The notes: generated from the letters alone by a model not told the origin. Counted from the first letter of the stretch, positions 33,710-44,901 are shown. The stretch is 64,000 nt of DNA from an uncultured Chloroflexia bacterium (GCA_963712745.1 CAVQJC010000001.1:224001-288000), one strand, 5' to 3'. Translations and numbers: made by a program.

Positions 33710-34510
33710 ATGACCGACTCTAGCCAAGACACGCGCAGCATCATCCCCGAGGCGGAGAAGTACAACGCCACCCTGGTGAAGCGCGAGGACGACACCGACT
33801 CGCTGGGCCGGTTCTGGGTCCGCCCTCACGGGGAGATGACCGACTTCGAGCCCGGCCAGTACATGACCATCGGCGTCTACGCCGACGACAAGCTCTACCA
33901 GCGACCGTACTCGGTGGCCTCGTCGCCGCAGGCCACCGGCGAGGACGGCTACGAGTTCTACGTGCGGCTCGTGCCCATCCTGCGCTTCACGACCCTGTTG
34001 TGGCGGCTGCCGGTGGGCCACCAGATGCGCATGATCGGGCCCAAGGGCCGGTTCATGCTCGAGCCCGATGACGATCGCGTGCACCTGTTCGTCTCCACCG
34101 GTACCGGCATCGCACCGTTCATCGCCATGACCCGGCAGTTGCTCCACGACCGCAAGCCGCGCAAGACGGTGATGCTCCACGGCTGCAGCTACCAGGACGA
34201 GCTGGGGTACCGCGGTCAGCTCGAGTCCTGGCAGCGTGACGGCACCTACCCCATGACCTACGTGCCCACCGTCTCGCGCCCGGACGACCCGCGCAACACG
34301 GGCTGGACCGGTTACACCGGTCGGGCAGAGGCCATCGTGCGCGACGTCTGCCAGAACGAGGGCCTCCAGCCCGACGACACGGTGGTCTACCTCTGTGGCA
34401 ACCCGGAGATGATCATCAACGTCGAGTCGGAGCTGCTGAGCCTCGACTACCCCGAGTTCCACGTCAAGAAGGAGCTCTACTGGCCCAAGGGCAAGAAGCC
34501 GACCGCCTGA
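33710..34510 (+). CDS. fpr: Ferredoxin/flavodoxin-NADP(+) reductase family protein
   Basis: FEPGQY, RPYSVAS, GPKGRF, TGTGIAPF, YLCGNPEMI, ELYW. Confidence 0.85.
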   Translation: MTDSSQDTRSIIPEAEKYNATLVKREDDTDSLGRFWVRPHGEMTDFEPGQYMTIGVYADDKLYQRPYSVASSPQATGEDGYEFYVRLVPILRFTTLLWRLPVGHQMRMIGPKGRFMLEPDDDRVHLFVSTGTGIAPFIAMTRQLLHDRKPRKTVMLHGCSYQDELGYRGQLESWQRDGTYPMTYVPTVSRPDDPRNTGWTGYTGRAEAIVRDVCQNEGLQPDDTVVYLCGNPEMIINVESELLSLDYPEFHVKKELYWPKGKKPTA

Positions 34511-34584
34511 GACATCGGCCGCGCGCGGCGGGAAGCCGACCGCCTGAGACATCGGCCGCGCGCGGCGGGAAGCCGACCGCCTGA
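34495..34584. repeat. 37-bp tandem repeat (about 2.4 copies) containing the fpr stop codon
   Basis: gaagccgaccgcctgagacatcggccgcgcgcggcgg twice, plus gaagccgaccgcctga. Confidence 0.9.
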
Positions 34585-34768
34585 CCGTCTTTCGGGGTCG
34601 GCCCGGCGCTGCCCAGGCTGCGCCGTTCAGCGTGAAGCGCCATCATGGGCCTGGCCACCGCTGGGTGACCAACGGCCCGCAAAGAATGGTGCGCTGGTTA
34701 GTACACATTCGCCGGGTGCGGTGTCATGCTGTGGCTGGGAACCGGGAATCGCAGTCTGAAGGGGTCGA

Positions 34769-35629
34769 ATGCACCCAGTCGTGAAGCGGGAGATACTCTC
34801 CCCCAACGTCACTCGGCTCGAGATCGAAGCCAGTCGCATCGCAGAGGTCCGCCAGCCGGGACAGTTCGTCATCGTGCGCATCGGAGATGGCGCCGAGCGG
34901 GTGCCGCTGACCATCGCTGACGCCGACCCCGAGGCCGGCACCATCACGCTCACCATCCAGGCCGTGGGCAAGACCAGCTGCGACCTGTGCCTGCTGCAGG
35001 TGGGCGACGCCATCCAGGATGTGGCCGGCCCGCTGGGCGAGGCCACCGAGCTCATCGACTCCGGCCATGCCGTGTGCGTCGGCGGCGGCGTCGGCACCGC
35101 GGTCGTGCACCCCATGGCCCAGGGCCTGGCGGCCAACGGCGTCAAGGTCACCAGCATCATCGGCGGCCGCGCCCGGGAATGGGTCATCTTCGAGGACGAA
35201 CTGCGCCGCTACGGCGACGTCCGCGTGTGCACCGACGACGGCTCCTACGGCCGCCACGGCTTCGTCACCGAAGAGCTGCACGACATGCTCGCCGAGGGCG
35301 GGGTCGATCACGTCTACGCAGTGGGCCCGGTGCCCATGATGGGTGCCGTGGCGAAGGTGACCAAGGAGTTCGACATTCCCACCACGGTGTCGCTCAACAC
35401 CATCATGGTCGACGGCACGGGCATGTGCGGTGGCTGCCGCGTCAACGTCGGCGGCAAGACCGTCTATGCCTGCGTGGACGGCCCGGAGTTCGATGCTCAG
35501 AGCGTCGACTTCAAGCAGCTGGCCGACCGGCTGTCGATGTACCGCGAGACCGAGAAACAGGCCTTCGAGGTCTCGCGTTGCATGATCACTACCCTGGCCG
35601 AGGCCGCCGGCGGAGACACCCCCCGGTGA
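34769..35629 (+). CDS. nfnA: NfnA/SudB-type FAD/NAD-binding [2Fe-2S] subunit (sulfide/dihydroorotate dehydrogenase-like)
   Basis: PGQFVI, ERVPLTIAD, GGGVG, TDDGSYG, MVDGTGMCGGCRV..ACVDGPEF. Confidence 0.88.
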   Translation: MHPVVKREILSPNVTRLEIEASRIAEVRQPGQFVIVRIGDGAERVPLTIADADPEAGTITLTIQAVGKTSCDLCLLQVGDAIQDVAGPLGEATELIDSGHAVCVGGGVGTAVVHPMAQGLAANGVKVTSIIGGRAREWVIFEDELRRYGDVRVCTDDGSYGRHGFVTEELHDMLAEGGVDHVYAVGPVPMMGAVAKVTKEFDIPTTVSLNTIMVDGTGMCGGCRVNVGGKTVYACVDGPEFDAQSVDFKQLADRLSMYRETEKQAFEVSRCMITTLAEAAGGDTPR

Positions 35630-37113
35630 GCGAGCGTCCCGACCTCTCCCCCAAGGAGCGGATGCAGATCGAGCGGCACGAGGTTCCCGCCCGCTCGGCG
35701 GTCATCCGCGCGATGGACTTCAACGAGGTCAGCCTGGGCTACTCCCAGGTGCTGGCCATGGAAGAGGCCGAACGCTGTCTCGACTGCAGGAACCCGCGCT
35801 GCATCGACGGCTGTCCGGTGCGCGTCAACATCCCCCAGTTCATCGAGCGACTGGCCGGCGGCGACCTCCACGGCGCAGCCGAGTCATTGCTCGACGACAA
35901 CGCCCTGCCCTGCGTCACCGGGCGCGTCTGCCCGCAGGAGACGCAGTGCGAGGGCCTGTGCATCCGGGCCAAGAAGGGCGAGCCCGTGGCGGTCGGGGCG
36001 CTGGAGCGGTTCGTGGCCGACTGGGCCCAGGACCACCTCGACGAGCTCAAGACCAACGTCAGCCCCGACACCGGCAAGCGGGTGGCCATCGTGGGCTCCG
36101 GGCCGGCCGGCCTGACCGCTGCCGGGGAATTGGCTAGGTCCGGACACAAGGTGACCGTCTTCGAGGCCTTCCACGCTCCCGGTGGCGTGCTCATCTACGG
36201 CATCCCCGAATTCCGCCTGCCCAAGGACGTGGTGCAGAAGGAGGTCGACCGGCTCAAGGACCTGGGTGTGACCATCGAGGTCAACGCCATCGTGGGCAAG
36301 ACCTGGACCCTGCGCGAGCTGCGCCAGAACTTCGACGCCGTCTTCATCGCGGTCGGCGCGGGGCTGCCGGTCTTCATGGGCATCGATGGCGAGGACCTCA
36401 AGGGCGTGTACTCGGCCAACGAGTACCTCACTCGCGTCAACCTCATGGGCGCCTTCCGCAAGGACACCGACACACCGGTCCTGCACGGCCAGAAGGTCGT
36501 GGTCGTGGGTGGCGGCAACGTGGCCATGGACGCGGTTCGCACCGCGCGGCGCATGGGCGCCACGCAGGCCACGATCGCCTACCGCCGCGGCAAGGACGAG
36601 CTGCCCGCTCGGGCAGAGGAGGTCCACCACGCCGAGGAAGAGGGCGTGAAGTTCGAGCTCATGGCCTCACCCGTGCGCATCATCGGCAACGACGATGGCT
36701 GGGTCACCGGCATCGAGTGCCAGATGATGGAGCTGGGCGAGCCCGACGGTTCAGGGCGTCGCCGGCCGGCTCCGATCCCCGACTCCGAGTACGTCATCGA
36801 TTGCGACATGGTCGTGGTCGCCATCGGCACCCGCAGCAACCCCATGCTGACCTCGTCGGAGCCGGACCTCAAGATCAACGAGTGGGGCTATCTGGTGGTG
36901 GACGAGGACGGCATGACCTCGGTGCCGGGCATCTTCGCGGGTGGCGACATCGTCCGCGGCGCGGCCACGGTCATCCTGGCCATGGGCGACGGCAAGCGCG
37001 CCGCCCGTGCCATCGAGAAGTACCTGGGCACCGTGCAGGAGCTACTGCCCAAGGCCGTCGGGGAAGCGGCCGCGGCAGGCGCCGCAGACGGAGGCACTGC
37101 CGCCGGCGTGTAG
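35626..37113 (+). CDS. nfnB: NfnB/SudA-type flavoprotein (GltD homologue, often annotated as NADPH-dependent glutamate synthase gltA)
   Basis: GTGA overlap with nfnA. EAERCLDC...CIDGCPV, GRVCPQETQCE, GSGPAG, YGIPEFRLPK, GGGNVAMD, FAGGD. Confidence 0.88.
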   Translation: MSERPDLSPKERMQIERHEVPARSAVIRAMDFNEVSLGYSQVLAMEEAERCLDCRNPRCIDGCPVRVNIPQFIERLAGGDLHGAAESLLDDNALPCVTGRVCPQETQCEGLCIRAKKGEPVAVGALERFVADWAQDHLDELKTNVSPDTGKRVAIVGSGPAGLTAAGELARSGHKVTVFEAFHAPGGVLIYGIPEFRLPKDVVQKEVDRLKDLGVTIEVNAIVGKTWTLRELRQNFDAVFIAVGAGLPVFMGIDGEDLKGVYSANEYLTRVNLMGAFRKDTDTPVLHGQKVVVVGGGNVAMDAVRTARRMGATQATIAYRRGKDELPARAEEVHHAEEEGVKFELMASPVRIIGNDDGWVTGIECQMMELGEPDGSGRRRPAPIPDSEYVIDCDMVVVAIGTRSNPMLTSSEPDLKINEWGYLVVDEDGMTSVPGIFAGGDIVRGAATVILAMGDGKRAARAIEKYLGTVQELLPKAVGEAAAAGAADGGTAAGV

Positions 37114-37134
37114 CTCCCCTGCGTCGGAGCCTGG

Positions 37135-38559
37135 CTAGGCTTCGCGGGCCTCGGCCATGCGGTCGAGGATGAGGCGCTTGACGTTCTCGACCGGCACGCG
37201 CTCCTGGCTCATCGAGTCGCGATCGCGCACCGTCACGGCGCCGTCCTCCAGCGAGTCGACATCGACCGTCACGCACCAGGGCGTGCCGATCTCATCCTGC
37301 CGGCGGTAGAGCTTGCCGATGGCGGCCGTGTCGTCGTAGACGGCCATGATGTCCTTCTGCAGGTCTGACTTGATCTTGTGGCAGAGCTCGACGATCTCCG
37401 GGCGCTTCTTGAGCAGCGGCAGCACCGCCACCTTGTAGGGCGCGATGTCCGGGTGCAGCCGGAGCACCACCCGCGACCCCTTCTCCAGCTGCTCCTCGTG
37501 GTACGAGTCGATGAAGAACGTGAACGCGGCGCGATCGGCGCCAGCGGCCGCCTCCACCACCCAGGGGATGAAGTGCTCCTCCGCCTTGGGGTCGAAGTAC
37601 TCGAGGTTCTCACCGCTGGCACGCGCATGCGAGCCGAGGTCGAAGTCGCCGCGGTTATGCACGCCCTCGAGCTCCTTCCAACCGAAGGGGAAGCGATACT
37701 CGACGTCGATGGCCTTCTTGGCGTAGTGGGCCAGCTCGTCGCTGGCGTGCTCACGGAAGCGCAGCCGCGCGGGCGTGACGCCGTAGCGCTCGTACCAGGC
37801 CTTGCGCTTGGGCAGCCACTCCTCGAAGGCCTCCGAGGCAGCCTCGCCGGGGCGCACGAAGTACTGCATCTCCATCTGCTCGAACTCGCGCATGCGGAAG
37901 ACGAAGTTGCCGGGGCTGATCTCGTTGCGGAACGACTTGCCGATCTGGGCGATGCCGAAGGGCACCTTCTTGCGGCTGGAGACCTGCACGTTCTTGAAGT
38001 TCACGTACGAGCCCTGGGCGGTCTCGGGGCGCAGGTAGACGATGGCGCCCTCGTCCTCGACCGGGCCCATGTGCGTCTTGAACATGAGGTTGAAGCGCCG
38101 CGGTGGCGAGAGCGGCCCCTCCTCGACCGGACAGACGAGGCCCAGCTTCTCGACGATGGCCTCATCCTGAAGCTCGGTAGCGGAGAGGCCCTCGGCTCCG
38201 GGCAACTCGTCGAGCCTGAACCGCCGGTGGCAGGTGTCGCACTCGACGAGGGGGTCGCTGAACGAGCCCACGTGGCCGGAGGTGACCCATACCTCGGGGT
38301 GCATGAGGATGCCCGCGTCCAGGCCTACGATGTCGTCGCGCTCCTGGACCATCGAGCGCCACCACGCTCGCTTGACGTTGTTCTTGAGCTCGACGCCGAG
38401 AGGGCCGTAGTCCCAGACGGCGTTGATGCCGCCGTAGATCTCCGACGAGGGATAGACGAAGCCGCGCCGCTTGGCCAGCGAGACGATGGTCTCGAGCTTC
38501 TCGACGGAGGGACCCGGATCGGCGGCGTCGGGCGCGGTGGTAGAAGGCTGGACGGTCAC
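37135..38559 (-). CDS. glyQS: Glycine--tRNA ligase (alpha2 type)
   Basis: [55 protein letters not shown] start after GGGAG. Confidence 0.96.
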   Translation of the reverse strand: MTVQPSTTAPDAADPGPSVEKLETIVSLAKRRGFVYPSSEIYGGINAVWDYGPLGVELKNNVKRAWWRSMVQERDDIVGLDAGILMHPEVWVTSGHVGSFSDPLVECDTCHRRFRLDELPGAEGLSATELQDEAIVEKLGLVCPVEEGPLSPPRRFNLMFKTHMGPVEDEGAIVYLRPETAQGSYVNFKNVQVSSRKKVPFGIAQIGKSFRNEISPGNFVFRMREFEQMEMQYFVRPGEAASEAFEEWLPKRKAWYERYGVTPARLRFREHASDELAHYAKKAIDVEYRFPFGWKELEGVHNRGDFDLGSHARASGENLEYFDPKAEEHFIPWVVEAAAGADRAAFTFFIDSYHEEQLEKGSRVVLRLHPDIAPYKVAVLPLLKKRPEIVELCHKIKSDLQKDIMAVYDDTAAIGKLYRRQDEIGTPWCVTVDVDSLEDGAVTVRDRDSMSQERVPVENVKRLILDRMAEAREA

Positions 38560-38634
38560 GTGTGGAGTCTCCCTGGGCGAGGCGCCGGCCGTGGCAGGGC
38601 CGGTCGTAGTGGGCAGATTGTGGCACCGATGACC

Positions 38635-38661
38635 CAAGTGGGTGCCGCCGGCACCCACTTG
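38635..38661. promoter_or_regulatory. Perfect 13-bp inverted repeat between recO and glyQS
   Basis: caagtgggtgccg-c-cggcacccacttg. Confidence 0.55.
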
Positions 38662-38699
38662 AGTGCCGTCCGCGCCACGCCGCGAAGGACGTGCGGGCC

Positions 38700-39467
38700 T
38701 CATCCGGGCGAGCGGCGGACCTCGTCCACGAACGAGAGCGACCGGGCCTCGCGCTCGAGGATGAATTGGGTGTAGCGGCGCATCACCGACTCCACCTCCG
38801 TTTCGACGGCCTGCGGCACCCGCAGGGCCGCCAGGGCCTCGACGTCGAAGCGCCGGTAGGCCCTGAGCAGCTTCAGCGCCGCCAGCGAGAGGCGCACCGA
38901 CTCGGCCGGCGGTGAGGGATGATCCGGGCACAGCACCCCGCCGAGCGCCGGCACCCAGCGGAACATGTCGGTCTCCTCGAGCACTCGGTGGCACTCCACG
39001 CAACGCTCGAGCTCTGGGCGTACGCCCAGAGCGTCGGCCAGTCCGGACTCGAACCAGCGCGCCACGCGCGCGGGGTCCATGCCGTCGTCGAGCAGCTGGC
39101 AGGCACGCCGCAATAGCCCGTAGACCGGGTGGGCACCGCCACGTTCCTCGACCGCCCGGTCGGCCAGCTCTCCGAGGTACCAGGCCACCGCGGTCGACTC
39201 CAGACGGTCGCGCAGGCGCAGCCAGGCGTGGGCCACGCTGACCTGCGTGATGACGTCGAGGTTGCGACCCCGGGCCAGCGCCACCTCCAGTTCGGCGAAC
39301 GGCTCCACGCTCCCGCCGATGCGACTCCTGGGCCGGCGGACGCCCTTGGCCACGGCGCGGATCTTGCCGTCCTCGGGCGTGAGCAGCGTGATGATGCGAT
39401 CGGCCTCGCCCAGGTCGAAGTGAGCGAGGACGATGGCACGCGTCTTGTAGGTCCGGGGTCGGGGCAC
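38700..39467 (-). CDS. recO: DNA repair protein RecO
   Basis: [27 protein letters not shown]...GGVLCPDH zinc site. Confidence 0.95.
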   Translation of the reverse strand: MPRPRTYKTRAIVLAHFDLGEADRIITLLTPEDGKIRAVAKGVRRPRSRIGGSVEPFAELEVALARGRNLDVITQVSVAHAWLRLRDRLESTAVAWYLGELADRAVEERGGAHPVYGLLRRACQLLDDGMDPARVARWFESGLADALGVRPELERCVECHRVLEETDMFRWVPALGGVLCPDHPSPPAESVRLSLAALKLLRAYRRFDVEALAALRVPQAVETEVESVMRRYTQFILEREARSLSFVDEVRRSPG

Positions 39468-39549
39468 GCCGCCGAGCGTATCTCGTGACGGGCTCCGCTG
39501 TCGCCTTATCGTCATCGGACAATGTGCTACAAGCGAGTATCATTTCCCG

Positions 39550-40572
39550 GTGCTCGCATCCATCGACCTCGACCGACTGATCGCCGACACCGAGCAGGAG
39601 ATGCTCGGTGTGATCGAGCGCGCGGAGGACGAGCGCACGCGAGAGTTGTACGCGATGGTCCGATACCACATGGGCCTCGACAGCGACGCGCCGCGTGGCA
39701 AGCGCATGCGCCCGCTCATCGGCCTGCTGGCCTACCAGTCCATCGCCGGGGACCATGCCAAGGCCCTGCCAGGAGCGGCGGCGGTGGAGATGGGCCACAA
39801 CTTCAGCCTGGTCCACGACGACATCGAGGACAACGGCGCCGAACGCCGTCATCGGCCTGCGCTTTGGACCGTGTGGGGTGTGCCCCAGGCCATCAACACC
39901 GGCGACACCCTCTTCACGCTTAGCCGCCTGGCCCTCTACCGCCTGCAGGAGGAGGGCTTCGACGACGCCCGCGTCCTGCGCCTCATGCGCCTGTACGACG
40001 AGACCTGCCTGGCGCTTTGTGAGGGGCAGTTCATGGACATCTGGATGTCCGAGCACGACGAGTGGATCTCGGTCGACTACTACTTCGACATGATCGGCCG
40101 CAAGACCGCCTCACTCATCGCCGGTTCGGCCGAGGCAGGTGCGGTGCTGGCTACCGACGACGAGGCGACCATCGGCGCGTATCGGCGTTTCGGCTGGGCA
40201 CTGGGGCTGGCCTTCCAGCTCAACGACGACTTGCTGGGCATCTGGGGCGACAAGGCCACGACCGGCAAGGAGACGTCGGACGTCGCCACCCGCAAGAAGA
40301 CGCTGCCCCTGATCTACGCCCTGGCCGAAGCCACCGGCCGCGATGGCGAGCGGCTGAGGTCGGTGCTGGCCCAGTCGGAGGCTGAGCCGTCTGCAGCCGA
40401 GGTCGACGAGGTGCTGGGCATCCTCGGGCGCGTCGGGGCGGAGGAATACACTCGCGCACGCGCCCGCAGCCACCGTGACCAGGCCCTCGCCGAACTGGCC
40501 TCGGTGGGCCTGGTGGACGCGGCCTCGATGGAGCGTCTCAGCGAGGTCGTCCGCGCCGCCATCAGCGCCTAG
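39550..40572 (+). CDS. Polyprenyl (GGPP-type) diphosphate synthase
   Basis: [34 protein letters not shown]. Confidence 0.93.
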   Translation: MLASIDLDRLIADTEQEMLGVIERAEDERTRELYAMVRYHMGLDSDAPRGKRMRPLIGLLAYQSIAGDHAKALPGAAAVEMGHNFSLVHDDIEDNGAERRHRPALWTVWGVPQAINTGDTLFTLSRLALYRLQEEGFDDARVLRLMRLYDETCLALCEGQFMDIWMSEHDEWISVDYYFDMIGRKTASLIAGSAEAGAVLATDDEATIGAYRRFGWALGLAFQLNDDLLGIWGDKATTGKETSDVATRKKTLPLIYALAEATGRDGERLRSVLAQSEAEPSAAEVDEVLGILGRVGAEEYTRARARSHRDQALAELASVGLVDAASMERLSEVVRAAISA

Positions 40573-40628
40573 CCTCGCGACGTCGAGCCAGCGGCCATGG
40601 CCGCTGGCGGATCCGTGGCCGAACCGGA

Positions 40629-41960
40629 CTAGCCTTCGGTCTCCCTGGCCTTGTCCGGCGGGGGCGGAGTGTGCACCACGTGGACGGTGCGCACGCGACG
40701 GCCGTCGGTGGCTTCCACCGTGAGCGTGAGTCCGTCGACCTCGACCGTGTCGCCCACGCTGGGCACGCCCCCGATGTAGTGGTACACGAGGCCGCCGAGC
40801 GTGTCGAACTCCTCCTGGTCATCGCCGCCGAGCGAGGTGCCGAAGTGCTCGAGCACGTCGTCCACGTCGGCCCGGCCGTCGATGCGCGCCTCGAGCTCGC
40901 CGAGCGGCACGATCAGTGGCTCCTCTTCGTCGTACTCGTCCTGGATCTCGCCCACGATCTCCTCGAGCAGGTCCTCGATGGTCACCAGGCCGGCCGTACC
41001 GCCATGCTCGTCGAGCACCACGGCCATGTGGACCCGGCGCCGCTGCAGGCTGCGCAACAGGTCGTCGACGAGCATCGACTCGGGCACGAACAGGGGCGTG
41101 CGCAGAAGGCGACGGATCGACGGTGGGCGGTCCTCGCCGACCAGGTATGGCAGCAGGTCCTTGGCATAGAACATGCCGATGATGTTGTCGATGTTCTCCT
41201 CGTAGACCGGGATGCGCGAGTGGCCCTCGCCCACGATGGTCGATACGATGTCGTCGAGCGAGGCGTCGACGTCGAGCGCGACCATGTCCACGCGCGCGAC
41301 CATGACCTCGTGCGCACGCTGCTCCCCGAGTTCGAGGACGGCGCCGATCATCTGCTCCTCCTCCGCCTCGATGGTGCCCTGCTCGGTGCCGCGCTCGAGG
41401 AGGATGCGCAGCTCCTCGCTGGTGATGGCCTCGTCGCTCACATCGCGCACGCCGAGCATGCGCGTCACCAGGTGCGTGACGGTCGTGAGGAACCAGACCA
41501 CGGGCGTGAGGATCCGGCCAAGCGCGTCGACCGGGCGGGCCAGGGCCAGGGCGTAGCGCTCGGCGTGGGCCAGGGCCAACGTCTTGGGCACGAGTTCACC
41601 GAAGACGATGGTCACGAGGCTGACGACGAGGGTGACGATGAGCAGAGCCAGTACGTCGGCCGAGGTCGCCAACGGCCCGATGTCACGAAGCGACTCGGCC
41701 AGGGCGCCGGCGATGCTGGCGCCGGCAAAGGCGGCGGCCAGAAAGCCGATGAAGGTGATGCCCAGCTGGATGGTGGCCAGCAGGCCGCCGGGCTTCTCCT
41801 TCATGCGAGCCACCCGCTGGGCACGCTTGTCGCCCTCGTCGCTGAGCTGCCGGATGCGGCTGCGGCGCACGGTCACGAGGGCGATCTCGGCAGCCACGAA
41901 GACACCGTTGACCGCGATGAGCAAGGCGATGACCACGATCTCGAGGAGGGAGCTGCCCAT
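40629..41960 (-). CDS. Hemolysin/CorC (CNNM-CBS-CorC) family protein
   Basis: FVAAEIAL, QLGIT, GELVPK, HSRIPVY, DEHGGTAGLVTIEDLLEEIVGEIQDEYD. Confidence 0.93.
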   Translation of the reverse strand: MGSSLLEIVVIALLIAVNGVFVAAEIALVTVRRSRIRQLSDEGDKRAQRVARMKEKPGGLLATIQLGITFIGFLAAAFAGASIAGALAESLRDIGPLATSADVLALLIVTLVVSLVTIVFGELVPKTLALAHAERYALALARPVDALGRILTPVVWFLTTVTHLVTRMLGVRDVSDEAITSEELRILLERGTEQGTIEAEEEQMIGAVLELGEQRAHEVMVARVDMVALDVDASLDDIVSTIVGEGHSRIPVYEENIDNIIGMFYAKDLLPYLVGEDRPPSIRRLLRTPLFVPESMLVDDLLRSLQRRRVHMAVVLDEHGGTAGLVTIEDLLEEIVGEIQDEYDEEEPLIVPLGELEARIDGRADVDDVLEHFGTSLGGDDQEEFDTLGGLVYHYIGGVPSVGDTVEVDGLTLTVEATDGRRVRTVHVVHTPPPPDKARETEG

Positions 41961-41965
41961 CAGCC

Positions 41966-43411
41966 CTACGGGGCGTCCTCCGTACGACTCTGGTCAGCCG
42001 TGGTCACATCGGCCGATGGAGGCTGCTCCCCCTGAGCCTCCTCCTGTTCGCCGCGTCGGGCACGGATGCGAGCCGGCACACCGAGCGCCATCTTGCCGGC
42101 GGGCACGTCCCTGGTCACCAGCGAGGCGGCCCCCGTGAACGCGCCCTCGCCCACGGTCACGGGCGCTCGCATGATGGTGTCGGAGCCGATGAAGGCGCCC
42201 TTGCCGATGCGCGTGCGGTGCTTGCGCACCCCGTCGTAGTTGGCCGTGATGGAACCGGCGCCGATGTTGACCTTCTCGCCCACGTCGGCATCGCCGAGGT
42301 AGCTGAAGTGGTGGCTCTTGGTGCCGGCGCCGATGTTGCTGTTCTTGACCTCAGCGTAGTTGCCGAGCTCCACGTTGGGCCCGATGTAGGCGCCCTTGCG
42401 CACATGGCTGAAGGGGCCGATGGTGACATCGGCATCAACGACCGAGCCCTCCAGCACGCTGGCCCAGACCACGGTGCGCTCGCCGATGCGCGTGTCGAAG
42501 ATCTGCGAGCCGCTGCGGATGACCGCGTCCCGCTCGATGACCGTCTCTCCTCGCAGGTACACGTTCGGCTCCAGGGTCACGTCCTCAGCCATCTCCACCG
42601 TGGCATCGATGAAGGTGGATGCCGGGTCCTGCATGGTCACGCCCGCACGCATGTGGGCCTCATTGATGCGCAGCCGCATCTCCAGCTCAGCGTCGGCCAG
42701 CTGGGCACGATCATTGATGCCCAGGAGCGTGCCGTCGTCCTCGACCTCGAGAGTGGCCACCGGCCGGTCGTCGGCCCGCGCCAGCGGGATGAGCTCGGGC
42801 AAGTAGAGCTCGCCGGTGACCGGGGAGGGCTCGACGTCGCCGAGGCGAGCTCGCAGCCAGTCGGCATCGAAGGCGTAGAGCCCGGAGTTGATCTCCTCGA
42901 TCTCGAGCTCGTCGGGGGTGGCGTCCTTGAACTCGACCACGCCCGCGATGCGGCCGTCGGGGCCGCGGACGACGCGACCGAGTGTAGCCGGGTCGTCCAT
43001 GTCCACGCTGATGAGTGCGATGGCAGCGTCATTGTCGCGCCGGACACCCGCCAGCTCGGCCATGAGCGCCGGATCCACGAGCGGCACGTCGCCACTGAGC
43101 ACGATGATCTCGTCGACCTCCGCCGGCAGGTCGCGCAGGGCGGTGGCGATGGCGTCGGCGGTGCCGCGGGGCTCGGCCTGGATGGCGAAGTCAGCCTCGC
43201 CGGCGAAGACTTCGGCGATCTGGGCGACCGCTGGGCTGATGACCACGAGCGGTCTGGCGCCGGTGGCGGCCACGGCCGCATCGAGCACGTACGCCAGCAT
43301 CGGGCGACCGCAGATGGGGTGCAGCACCTTGGGGGTACTCGAACGCATCCGGGTACCGAGCCCGGCAGCCATCACGACCGCGACCAGGGGATGAGGACGG
43401 TGGGTGTTCAC
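41966..43411 (-). CDS. glmU: Bifunctional UDP-GlcNAc pyrophosphorylase/glucosamine-1-P acetyltransferase
   Basis: AAGLGTRMRS..PKVLH, hexapeptide repeats, HFSYLGDA, NYDG. Confidence 0.96.
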   Translation of the reverse strand: MNTHRPHPLVAVVMAAGLGTRMRSSTPKVLHPICGRPMLAYVLDAAVAATGARPLVVISPAVAQIAEVFAGEADFAIQAEPRGTADAIATALRDLPAEVDEIIVLSGDVPLVDPALMAELAGVRRDNDAAIALISVDMDDPATLGRVVRGPDGRIAGVVEFKDATPDELEIEEINSGLYAFDADWLRARLGDVEPSPVTGELYLPELIPLARADDRPVATLEVEDDGTLLGINDRAQLADAELEMRLRINEAHMRAGVTMQDPASTFIDATVEMAEDVTLEPNVYLRGETVIERDAVIRSGSQIFDTRIGERTVVWASVLEGSVVDADVTIGPFSHVRKGAYIGPNVELGNYAEVKNSNIGAGTKSHHFSYLGDADVGEKVNIGAGSITANYDGVRKHRTRIGKGAFIGSDTIMRAPVTVGEGAFTGAASLVTRDVPAGKMALGVPARIRARRGEQEEAQGEQPPSADVTTADQSRTEDAP

Positions 43412-43466
43412 GAAGCGGCGCTACCGCCCCTCGGTGATGGGGGTTGTTGGGGCATCAGGTCAGATG

Positions 43467-43496
43467 AATCTAGGGGTGCCCGTGCATGGGTGTCAA
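43467..43496 (-). promoter_or_regulatory. Sigma70-type promoter for glmU (TTGACA-N18-TAGATT)
   Basis: tgtcaa at 43491-43496 and aatcta at 43467-43472 on the plus strand. Confidence 0.6.
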
Positions 43497-43597
43497 ACGG
43501 CGCCCTTGGCTATCGCTCTCCTGTCCGAGCCGCGGCGCCCCTGGTCGATCCGCTCGGGGGTCACATCCGCTCCGGGGCTCAGGCGCTCCAGACTTCC

Positions 43598-43978
43598 CTA
43601 GCGCTTCTGGGCCACGACCTCGATCTCGACGAGGATGTCCAACGGCAGGCGCGCGGCCTCGATGGTGGTGCGCGCAGGATATGGCTCCGCCAGGAACGAG
43701 CCGTAGACCTCGTTGAAGGCCTTGAAGTCGTTCATGTCCGCGAGATAGCAGGTCGACTTCACGACATCGCTGAAGTCGAGGCCCATCTCACCCAAGAGCG
43801 CCTCGATGTTCTTCAAGGTGCGTTCGGTCTGGACCGCCACGTCGCCCTCCACGAGCATGTTCGTCTGGGGGTCGATGGGCCCCTGGCCGGAGCAGAACAC
43901 GAGCGTCTCGGTGACGATGGCCTGGCTGTAGGGACCGATGGCATTGGGGGCCTTCGGTGTCTGGATGCGCTGCTTCAC
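43598..43978 (-). CDS. ridA: RidA family reactive-intermediate deaminase
   Basis: APNAIGPYSQA, SGQ, YPART, LP..LVEIE. Confidence 0.93.
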   Translation of the reverse strand: MKQRIQTPKAPNAIGPYSQAIVTETLVFCSGQGPIDPQTNMLVEGDVAVQTERTLKNIEALLGEMGLDFSDVVKSTCYLADMNDFKAFNEVYGSFLAEPYPARTTIEAARLPLDILVEIEVVAQKR

Positions 43979-44901
43979 GAGTCCTCTCCCCTTCCGATGG
44001 TCGACGTGGTGATGATGCTGGCCCCCTCAAGCTCGGCAGGCCCCGCGGCACCGAGGGCGATCGCCGCACGGGTGGCCGCCGCTTCCGAAGGATAGACCGC
44101 TACCAGAGTCGGCCCGGAGCCGGTCAGCAACACCGCATGACCGAGGATGCGCGCCGCAGCCTCGCGCGCATCGGCCAGGCCGGGTGACAGACGTGCTGCC
44201 GGTGCCCACAGGTCGTTCGCCTCGCGAAGCATCGCCGTGGTGGCCGCCAGGGTCATCCCATCGACGCCCTCGCGCAGGACCGCGGCAGCCTCGTCGACGC
44301 GCTCGGCCGTCGATGAAGCGATGACAGGGCCGCGGTCGAACTCGGCGAAGACGGCCGCCGTCGAAAGCCGCTCTCGAGGGGTGATGAGGATGAGACCGGC
44401 CTCTGGCTCGGGCGCCGGCAGCGGCACCAGATGCTCGCCGATACCCTCGACGAGCGAGGCTGCGTGACCAGCCACGAAGAAGGGCACATCGGCACCCAGC
44501 CGCAGGGCCGCCTCGAGGCGCTGCGCGGGATGGAGCCGGACACGCCAGGCCGCCAGGGCCAGGTCCATGGCCGCCGCTGCATCGGAGCTGCCTCCACCGA
44601 GGCCGGACGCAGCCGGGATACGCTTCTTCAGCCGGAAGCGCAGCCAGGGTAGCGCTGGGTCGATGGCCTCGCGCAGCTGGGCCGTGGCCCGCAGGACGAG
44701 GTTGTCGTCATCCGCCTCGAGCTCGCCATCGATGTCGAGGTGGTCCCGGGAGGCGTCCGCGCCGACCTCCACCTCGAGCCGGTCGTGCAGCGTCAGGCGC
44801 AGGAACACCGAGCGCAGCAGGTGGTAGCCGTCCTCGCGCACGCCGGTGACGGCCAGCGCCAGGTTGACCTTGGCCCGAGCCTTGACGCTGAGCGTGGTCA
44901 C
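43975..44901 (-). CDS. ispE: 4-diphosphocytidyl-2-C-methyl-D-erythritol kinase
   Basis: AKVNLAL..REDGYH, KRIP.ASGLGGGSSDAA, GADVPFF, TGSGPT. Confidence 0.94.
   Translation of the reverse strand: MTTLSVKARAKVNLALAVTGVREDGYHLLRSVFLRLTLHDRLEVEVGADASRDHLDIDGELEADDDNLVLRATAQLREAIDPALPWLRFRLKKRIPAASGLGGGSSDAAAAMDLALAAWRVRLHPAQRLEAALRLGADVPFFVAGHAASLVEGIGEHLVPLPAPEPEAGLILITPRERLSTAAVFAEFDRGPVIASSTAERVDEAAAVLREGVDGMTLAATTAMLREANDLWAPAARLSPGLADAREAAARILGHAVLLTGSGPTLVAVYPSEAAATRAAIALGAAGPAELEGASIITTSTIGRGEDS

Noticed and set aside
34987-35625. 708-aa fused ORF upstream of nfnB
   Set aside because: Alternative-frame overlap with nfnA; nfnB starts at GTG 35626.
38560-40056. Roughly 500-aa N-terminal extension of GlyRS in the 973-aa ORF
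   Set aside because: Open-frame artefact overlapping recO and the polyprenyl synthase; the real start is GTG 38559 with an RBS.
43412-43597. tRNA between ridA and glmU
   Set aside because: No cloverleaf or T-loop GTTCRA; the region holds a promoter instead.
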